A stretch of DNA of 64,000 bases from Acidobacteriota bacterium (GTDB lineage Bacteria > Acidobacteriota > UBA6911 > RPQK01 > JADFOI01), in NCBI GenBank assembly GCA_963663035.1, contig OY760074.1, positions 3,328,001 to 3,392,000 of the forward strand, in the 5' to 3' direction. The notes under the pieces are model-generated. The model did not search any database, was not told the DNA's origin, and saw only the letters and a list, made by a program, of their open reading frames with translations. Below are positions 57,343-64,000 of the stretch, piece after piece. Both the position numbers and the translations under genes were made by a program. How positions within the stretch are numbered: position 1 is the first letter of the stretch; each line of letters begins with the position of its first letter.

Positions 57343-58494
57343 GTGGAAGAAGCCGCCAAGTTCCTTACAACCATACCGGCCACGATTATGAGAGGTGGGA
57401 CGAGCAAAGGTGTCTTCATCAAGCGCTCCGATTTCCTGGAATGGGACGATGCGGTCAGAAGAGACCAGATCATCCTGGCCATCATGGGGACTCCGGATCC
57501 CATGCAAATCGATGGCCTGGGAGGCACTCACTCCAGTACCAGCAAGCTGGTTGTGGTTGGCCCTGCTTCACAGAAAGATCTGGATCTGGAGTACACCTTC
57601 GTTCAGGTGGGGATCGATGCCCCGATTCTGGACTACAAGGGGAATTGCGGAAACCTCACTTCTGCCGTGGCTCCATTCGGACTTTTCGAAGAGCTGATGG
57701 CAGGTGTCGAACCTGTCACCAAGGTTGTGCTTTGGAATACCAATACCCAAAAGCGCATCATTGCCGAAGTCCCCTATCGACAATCGGTGGTGGAGCAGGG
57801 GGACTTCCAGATTGACGGGGTGCCACGTCCGGGAGCACCCGTCGTCATCCACTTCCTGGAACCGGCGGGTACCTCAACGGGCAAGTTATTCCCGACCGGG
57901 AGGTCAAGAGACGTTGTTCACACCTCCCGGGGGGAATTCGAGGTTTCGATTCTGGACGTGACCAATCCGGTGGTTTTTCTTCGAGCCAGTGCTCTGGGTC
58001 TGGAGGGGATTGAGCTTCCCTCCAGCCTGAACGGTGATTCTTCCCTCCTGGAGGGCCTTGAGGAGATCCGCCGCAAGGCGGCTGTCCTGGCCGGCGTACA
58101 TGGAGATGAGGAAGAAGCTGGACGGAGCAACGTGCCGTCCATCGCATTCGTCGGGCCTCCCCAGGATTATCAAACGGCGGCAGGGCGTACCGTCGATGCC
58201 AGTGATGTGGATCTGGTCGCGCGGATCGTCTCCATGCGTCGTGTCCACCACGCTTACCAGGGGACGGGGGCCATGTGCACGGCGGCGGCCGCTCGCCTGG
58301 CAGGAACCATCCCCTGCCAGGCGGCCGGCGGGCAACGCCAGAAGAAGGAAGTTGTCATAGGACACCCGAAAGGCATGATTCGTACAAAAGTAGAGGTTGA
58401 AAGGACTGAATCGGGAGATGAGAATGTGACCAGGATTTCGGTTACAAGAACGGCACGACGTCTCATGAGCGGGAAGGTTTATGCCTACTGCTAA
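57343..58494 (+). CDS. PrpF/AcnD-accessory/4-oxalomesaconate tautomerase-family isomerase
   Basis: IMRGGTSKG, QIDGLGG...TSK, GNCGNL, IGHPKG, RTARRLMSG. Start uncertain (GTG 57343). Confidence 0.92.
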   Translation: MEEAAKFLTTIPATIMRGGTSKGVFIKRSDFLEWDDAVRRDQIILAIMGTPDPMQIDGLGGTHSSTSKLVVVGPASQKDLDLEYTFVQVGIDAPILDYKGNCGNLTSAVAPFGLFEELMAGVEPVTKVVLWNTNTQKRIIAEVPYRQSVVEQGDFQIDGVPRPGAPVVIHFLEPAGTSTGKLFPTGRSRDVVHTSRGEFEVSILDVTNPVVFLRASALGLEGIELPSSLNGDSSLLEGLEEIRRKAAVLAGVHGDEEEAGRSNVPSIAFVGPPQDYQTAAGRTVDASDVDLVARIVSMRRVHHAYQGTGAMCTAAAARLAGTIPCQAAGGQRQKKEVVIGHPKGMIRTKVEVERTESGDENVTRISVTRTARRLMSGKVYAYC

Positions 58495-58525
58495 CACTAA
58501 CTGATGCAAGACATGTGAGGTGGGA

Positions 58526-58954
58526 ATGAAAGAAGAAGACATACGCCAATACGTAGTGACTGAGGATGAGGCTCAACGTTACAGTCCACCGGCCCATACG
58601 GATACGACCAATTTGCTGTACCTTCCCAGGGGAGCATGCGGGTCAAAGCAGTTCGAGGTCGTGCTGGGCATACCGCGCAAGGGCGGCGGAGGTGAGCCTC
58701 ACTTCCACGACCAGGCCGAGCAGATCGTTTTTGTGCTGGCGGGGCACGGCGAGACGGAAATTGAAGGGGCCCGTTATCCAATCGGCCCTCGCACACTCAT
58801 TTTCCACCCTCCCGGACAGGTCCATCGAGAACTTGCCGTCAGCGAAGATTTCGAGGTGCTGGTTGTTTATTCCCCGGCCATTGGTGTTCAGGACGGTCGA
58901 TCCTTCCGCATCCGACAGGACGGAGAATCCGGCCAAAATCGGAAGAACGGGTAG
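58526..58954 (+). CDS. Cupin-domain protein
   Basis: PHFHDQAEQ...G...PPGQVH metal-binding cupin motifs. Confidence 0.88.
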   Translation: MKEEDIRQYVVTEDEAQRYSPPAHTDTTNLLYLPRGACGSKQFEVVLGIPRKGGGGEPHFHDQAEQIVFVLAGHGETEIEGARYPIGPRTLIFHPPGQVHRELAVSEDFEVLVVYSPAIGVQDGRSFRIRQDGESGQNRKNG

Positions 58955-58958
58955 GGTC

Positions 58959-59420
58959 ATGCGGCTGGAAAAAGAGGCCACAATCCGTGCGGCACCCTCG
59001 GATGTGTGGGCCAGACTCTGGGATGTCAAGAGACTGATTCACTATATTCCCTCGGTGGAGGAGGTGAAGTCGGTGGAAGAGGGGAAGCGCTACTCGGTTC
59101 GTGTCAGCGACCGAGTGGGGCCGATCCAGATCCACTTCGATCTGGATGTGGTGGTGGATGGACTCGATCAGGATAGGTTCCTGCGAGTCAAGGTTTCCGG
59201 GAGAGCGAAAGGATTGGCAAGCAGCTTGCGGCAGGTGCTCGAGATCCGGCTGGAAGAGGCACCCCCTGACGGCACCCGTCTGGCGCTCAGCACCGAGATC
59301 TCCATCCTGGGAAAGCTGGGTTCGCTGGGTGACGGACTGATACGCAACAAGGCAACGGAGGTGTTTGCCAACTTTGTGGGAAACCTCAAAAAAGATCTCG
59401 AGTCGGATGAAATAGAGTGA
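58959..59420 (+). CDS. coxG: CoxG/SRPBCC-family protein
   Basis: AAPSDVWARLWD...IPSVE, VGPI, GKLGSLG. Start at ATG 58959. Confidence 0.85.
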   Translation: MRLEKEATIRAAPSDVWARLWDVKRLIHYIPSVEEVKSVEEGKRYSVRVSDRVGPIQIHFDLDVVVDGLDQDRFLRVKVSGRAKGLASSLRQVLEIRLEEAPPDGTRLALSTEISILGKLGSLGDGLIRNKATEVFANFVGNLKKDLESDEIE

Positions 59421-60277
59421 GCGAATTTACTTGGCAGGAACCTGAGAGTCTGGAGGAGGTTCTGGCAATCCTGGCCCGAGGGCAGGCTGACACACGTCTG
59501 GTGGCCGGCGGGACAGCTCTGGGGCTCATGATTCAACAGGACCTGCTATCCCCTGGCCCCCTTGTCAGTTTGAGGAAGCTCCGGCATGAGTTTGGGGGAG
59601 TGGTCCGGCAGGAGGATGGCACCATTCACATCGGGGCCCTGGCAACCTTGCGTGAGCTCGAGCGCTCTGAGCCTTTGAACAGGTGGGCGCCCGTTCTCAT
59701 CACCGCACTTGGTCACATAGCCAATCCTCGCATTCGCAATATGGCCACCATTGGAGGTCATCTTGCTTATGCCGAACCTCATCTGGACTTACCCCCGGTG
59801 CTTCTGGCCATGGGAGCCAGCGTAAGAGTCAGGTCGCTGGAGGGAGAACGATGGATAGCCCTCTCCGAACTCCTTCAAGGTTATTATTCTACGACTCTGG
59901 AACCCGGCGAACTGCTGCTGGAGGTAGCATTCCCCCAGCAGACCAGTGTCTCACAGGGATCCTATGTCCGATACACGGCTTCCTCCAGCGATGACTGGCC
60001 CATGCTCGGATTGGCCTCGTTTGTGGAGAGCGATGGTGGCGCTGTAAAGGATATCCGGCTGGTGGTCAGTGGCATTTGCCCGGCTCCGACCCGACTGTCC
60101 GCTGTGGAGGAACTGCTTTGTTCGGAGAAACTGTCGCTTTCCTTGATCGATGAGGCGGCGCGAATGGCAGCGGGGCAATTCGAGGTTTTTGATGATATTC
60201 GGGGCAGTGCGTGGTACAAAAAGGAAATACTCCAGGTTCTGATCCGACGCGTCCTGAAGCGTCTGACAAGTCTGTGA
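59417..60277 (+). CDS. FAD-binding subunit of a xanthine-dehydrogenase-family enzyme (CoxM-like)
   Basis: AGGTAL, IRNMATIGG, DDIRGSAWYK. Confidence 0.93.
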   Translation: MSEFTWQEPESLEEVLAILARGQADTRLVAGGTALGLMIQQDLLSPGPLVSLRKLRHEFGGVVRQEDGTIHIGALATLRELERSEPLNRWAPVLITALGHIANPRIRNMATIGGHLAYAEPHLDLPPVLLAMGASVRVRSLEGERWIALSELLQGYYSTTLEPGELLLEVAFPQQTSVSQGSYVRYTASSSDDWPMLGLASFVESDGGAVKDIRLVVSGICPAPTRLSAVEELLCSEKLSLSLIDEAARMAAGQFEVFDDIRGSAWYKKEILQVLIRRVLKRLTSL

Positions 60278-60309
60278 AGAGGACCGACGCCCCACCAGAA
60301 TAAAGGAAC

Positions 60310-62676
60310 ATGGACAAGTCAGAGAAGCAGGACAACAGCGGGAGGAAAGGGCGACCGGTCATCGGAACTTCGCCTCCCAGAATGGAAGCGGCAGCGAAGG
60401 TGTCGGGCAAGGCCCAATACACTGACGACCTGCCCTTTACTCACCTGCTTTACGGAGCCCTGGTGCGGAGCACCATTCCCCACGGCCGGCTGCGTCGCAT
60501 CGACAGTTCAGCAGTCGAGCAACTGCCGGGCATCGTTCGGGTCATTACCGGGGAGGACCTTCTCCCTCACCTGGCCGACCCCTACTATGGACCGGCCTTT
60601 CGAGACCGGCCCGTCCTCACCGCAGACAGGATCAGGCATGTGGGGGAGCCGCTGGCGGTGGTGGTGGCGGAAAGCTCCAGAATGGCCCGCCAGGGGGCCA
60701 GACAGGTCCAGGTAGACTACCAGGAGCTGCCCGCGGTCTTCGATGTAATGGAGGCGATCCGGCCCGATGCGCCCATCATCCATGACCGGATTCGACCCTC
60801 GGGCAGCTTCGCCGATCTCAAAAACCTCCTCCCACGTGAGCAAAGCAACATAGCTCTTCACTACAAGCTGCGTCATGGAAACATCGAAGAGGGTTTTGCC
60901 AGTGCGGATCGGATTTTCGAAGACGTCTTCAGCACTGCCCCCGTTGCGGCTATTCCCCTGGAACTTCTGGTCAGCGTCGCCAGTACCGAAGCCAGCGGCA
61001 AGGTGAACATCTGGAGCGCGACTCAATGCCCCCTCTTTGTGCGGAGCGAAGTCGCCCATGTCCTGGGCGTGCCGGAGGACCAGGTCCGGGTCCATGTCCC
61101 CAATCTGGGAGGAGGATTCGGCAACAAGATCTACGTGAAGCTGGAAATCCTGGCAGCGGTCCTGGCCGGCCTGCTGAGCCAGCCCGTGAAGTTGTCCCTG
61201 GAGCTGGATGAGCACGTCCACTTTGTGACCTCGCAGGCGGCCCCGGTCCTTTCTCTCCGTACTGGAGTCTCAAAGGAAGGCAGGATTCTAGCCCGAGAGT
61301 GCACGATTTTCTGGGACTGTGGTGCCTATGCCGAAATAGGACCTCGAATCGCACAGAAGTCAGCCTGCGTGGCGGCCGGCCCCTATGACATTCCCAACGT
61401 GCACATTGATTCGTCCCTTGTGTACACCAACAACATACCCGGAGAGGCCGTTCGTGGCTTTGGGGTCCCGGACGCAGTCTGGCCTGGTGAGGTCCAGATG
61501 GACATCATTGCCAGAGCCATGGGCTGGGATCCTCTCCAGTTTCGAAAACAGAACCTGCTGGTTGAAGGGAAGGTTCACGCCACCGGTCAGACCCTTGATT
61601 CAACTCCTCTTGAGAAGGTGCTGGACAGTCTGAGTGGACGGATCGGCTGGAGTGGATCAGGCAGCAGGCAGAGCCAAGGCCGCCCGGGAAGACGGCGGGG
61701 AAAAGGCGTGGCCCTCGGCTTAAAGCCGGTCCTGACCCCAACCGAGTCTTGCGCCCTGATCAGCATGGCGGCTGACGCAAGTGTCAAGCTGTACACCAGT
61801 ACTGTTGAGATGGGACAGGGAGCTCATACCTGCCTGCGCCAAATGGTGGCGGAGGCACTGGCTCTTCCCCAGGAGAAGGTTTCCGTCGTGGGGCCGGACA
61901 CCGATGTGACGCCATTTGATCAGCTTTCTGTTGGAAGTCGTTCCACCTTTCACATGGGCAACGCCGTGCTTCGAGCGGCGGAGGAGATCCGAAAACAGCT
62001 GATTTCCCATGTGAGCAGGGAATGGGGAGTTCCCGGTGAGGCCCTTGATTTGAGGGAGGGAAGGGTGATTCACCGAGAAGAGGACTCACGGGCGATTCCC
62101 TATAGCGAAGTGATCAGACAAATCGACCCCATGCCGGAGGGGAGTCTGATGGGGCGAGGATCTTATATCCCGGAATACACGAGTCCCGATCCAGAGACCG
62201 GTCAATCCGAGCGGGTGGCGGTTTTCTGGTTTGGCGGGGGAAGTGCGGTCGAGATCGAGGTCGATCCGGAAACGGGCAAGGTGAAAATCCTGAAGCTTGT
62301 CACCGTCGGTGAAGTGGGCAAGGCCATCAATCCGGTCAGTGTCCGCACTCAGCTGAGCGGTGCCGCCATCATGCGGCTCGGACACAGCTTGTTTGAGGCC
62401 TGTCGGTTCGATGGCGGACAGATGGTCAACAACACACTTTCCGACTACAAGGTTCCCACATTCCTAGATGTTCCGCAGGTCATGGAGACCGAGTATATTG
62501 AGTTGAAACATCCCGAGGGGCCCTTCGGGGCAAAGGGTGTCGGTGAAACGGGGACCTTTGCGCTTTCACCGGCCATTGCCAATGCCCTCTACGACGCTGT
62601 CGGTGTTTGGGTCAAGGATCTACCCCTGACCCCGGAGAAGGTACTCCGTGCCATTCGAGATTTGGAGGCCAAATGA
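60310..62676 (+). CDS. Molybdopterin-binding large subunit, xanthine dehydrogenase family
   Basis: KVSGKAQYTDD, WSATQ, LGGGFGNK, AVRGFG, EMGQG, GKAINP, GAKGVGE. Confidence 0.94.
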   Translation: MDKSEKQDNSGRKGRPVIGTSPPRMEAAAKVSGKAQYTDDLPFTHLLYGALVRSTIPHGRLRRIDSSAVEQLPGIVRVITGEDLLPHLADPYYGPAFRDRPVLTADRIRHVGEPLAVVVAESSRMARQGARQVQVDYQELPAVFDVMEAIRPDAPIIHDRIRPSGSFADLKNLLPREQSNIALHYKLRHGNIEEGFASADRIFEDVFSTAPVAAIPLELLVSVASTEASGKVNIWSATQCPLFVRSEVAHVLGVPEDQVRVHVPNLGGGFGNKIYVKLEILAAVLAGLLSQPVKLSLELDEHVHFVTSQAAPVLSLRTGVSKEGRILARECTIFWDCGAYAEIGPRIAQKSACVAAGPYDIPNVHIDSSLVYTNNIPGEAVRGFGVPDAVWPGEVQMDIIARAMGWDPLQFRKQNLLVEGKVHATGQTLDSTPLEKVLDSLSGRIGWSGSGSRQSQGRPGRRRGKGVALGLKPVLTPTESCALISMAADASVKLYTSTVEMGQGAHTCLRQMVAEALALPQEKVSVVGPDTDVTPFDQLSVGSRSTFHMGNAVLRAAEEIRKQLISHVSREWGVPGEALDLREGRVIHREEDSRAIPYSEVIRQIDPMPEGSLMGRGSYIPEYTSPDPETGQSERVAVFWFGGGSAVEIEVDPETGKVKILKLVTVGEVGKAINPVSVRTQLSGAAIMRLGHSLFEACRFDGGQMVNNTLSDYKVPTFLDVPQVMETEYIELKHPEGPFGAKGVGETGTFALSPAIANALYDAVGVWVKDLPLTPEKVLRAIRDLEAK

Positions 62677-64000
62677 AAAGGACTTACGAACTTATGAACC
62701 CGGTTGAGTTGAGGAGCGGCCGTTTCCAGGGGTTGGCCCCCGGCCTAGACACCCTGAGCGGGAAGACGGTGGGGATCCTGAGCAACCAGAAGATTAACGC
62801 TGACACGGTGCTGGACCGACTGGCCGCTGAACTGGGCAAACGCTATGGGCTGGGCAAGGTGCTCAAGCGCGCCAAGAGAATTCAGTCCCAGGAAGCTCCC
62901 GATCAGACCCTCAATGAGCTGGCCGAGCAGGCCGACTTCGTGATCAGCGGAGTCGGTGACTGAGGATCCTGCTCGTCATGGTGTACCCATGACTCAATTG
63001 AGCTGGAACAGCGGGGCATTCCCACCATCTCCGTCTTCACCTCCGCCTTCGCCTCCCTGGCAAAGACCGCGGCCAGCACCTGGGGGATCGAAAAGTTCCA
63101 CCTGGTGACGGTTCCTCATCCTCTGGAGTCCATGGGGGAGGAGGAGATTGGCAGGGCCGTGGAGGCGGTGGTCGAGGCGGCGGGCAGCGGTCTCATCGGG
63201 GACCGTGGCGCCTCCAATGACCCGCTCCCCCAGCCTGGTGAGCAGAAGAAAGAGCTGGAGAGAATCCTGCACTTCCAGGGGTCAGAAGAGGAGTTGTATG
63301 AGTGGTTTCTGACCCAGGGCTGGACGGACGGTCTGCCCGTCATTCCGCCGACGCCGGAAAGAGTGGAAGCCATGTTGAGCGGAATAGCACGCAGGCCGGA
63401 AGAAGTGCTCCGTCTCATCCCTCCGCGTTGGGCCGAATTGACCATGGAAAAGCTGGCGGCCAACGCCGTGATGGCCGGCTGCACTCCGGAACATATGCCT
63501 GTCCTGATTGCCGCCATTGAGGGGCTTTGCTCGCCCCCCTTCAACCTCTTTGGCATCCAGGCCACCACCAATCCAGCAGGTCCCATGCTGGTCGTCAACG
63601 GACCTGTGGCGGATCGAGTGGGAATACAAAAGGGGGTGGGAGCGCTGGGGTCTGTCTGGAGGGCCAACGTGACCATTGGAAGAGCCATACGGCTGGCTTT
63701 GATAAACGTGGGAGGTGGTCTGCCCGGCGACACGGATCGGGCCACCCACGGCATGCCGGGCAAGCTTTCTTTCTGCTTTGCTGAAAACGAAGAAGAGAGT
63801 CCCTGGGAACCTCTCCACGTGGAGAAGGGACTGTCTCGGCAGGCAAGCGCGGTGACGGTGTTCTCTGCTTCCGGTACTCTCAACCTCCTGGACCAGGGAA
63901 GCCTGACGGGGGAGGGGTTACTGAAAACCTTTGCCAGCGCCCTGCAGGTCACCGGAACCAACAACATTCTTTTGGGTGGTGAGCCTGTGCTCATCATCTG
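62673..64000 (+). CDS. Probable UGSC-motif selenoprotein (Sec97) fused to a GWTDGLPVIPPT domain; 3' end outside window
   Basis: ATG 62673 overlaps the upstream stop (ATGA). In-frame TGA at 62961-62963 in GVGD-U-GSCSSWCTHD; the frame stays open to the window end. Confidence 0.85.
62964..63003 (+). promoter_or_regulatory. Candidate bacterial SECIS element
   Basis: GCTC-GTCATGG-TGTAC-CCATGAC-TCAATT-GAGC: 7-bp upper stem; 18 nt separate the UGA from the loop, which has G at position 2 followed by U. Confidence 0.72.

Noticed and set aside
58566-58958. Long N-terminal extension of CoxG
   Set aside because: It overlaps the cupin gene in another frame; CoxG homology starts at ATG 58959.
62607-62963. 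118-aa stand-alone ORF or pseudogene ending at TGA 62963
   Set aside because: The UGSC context, SECIS-like hairpin and continued open frame favour Sec read-through; the first 22 codons overlap the upstream gene.
63116-63997. 293-aa minus-strand ORF
   Set aside because: Antisense shadow of the read-through CDS, with no recognisable motifs.

Overview
Bacterial chromosomal window, most consistent with Acidobacteriota (Oar-like TonB-dependent receptors, DUF4159/MoxR cluster, cdaA-cdaR-glmM in a diderm); the taxonomy is inferred, not searched. The left half (1-30.8 kb) is mostly housekeeping: a MoxR/DUF58/VWA/TPR-peptidase operon, hom, tRNA-Met, hemB, an intact IS1380-family element with a CTAG target duplication, a SAM-I riboswitch controlling thrC-lysC, carD, tilS-ftsH-folP-cdaA-cdaR-glmM-rfaE2-mfd, two parvulin/SurA-like genes and tatA-tatC. 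The right half (30.9-64 kb) is an accessory catabolic region: xanthine-dehydrogenase-family Mo enzymes split into S-L and G-M-L blocks, three secreted amidohydrolase-3 paralogs, three tandem TonB-dependent receptors, MmgE/PrpD, EamA, UbiD, a Rieske/small protein/amidohydrolase-2/YdhR operon, PrpF and a cupin. Each receptor has the same upstream cassette (palindromic site, sigma54 promoter, sigma70-like promoter) and the same downstream hairpin. The main finding is a probable selenoprotein missed by the ORF track: from 62673, an in-frame TGA in a U-G-S-C motif followed by a SECIS-like hairpin reads through into a long fused domain, translationally coupled to the Mo-hydroxylase operon.
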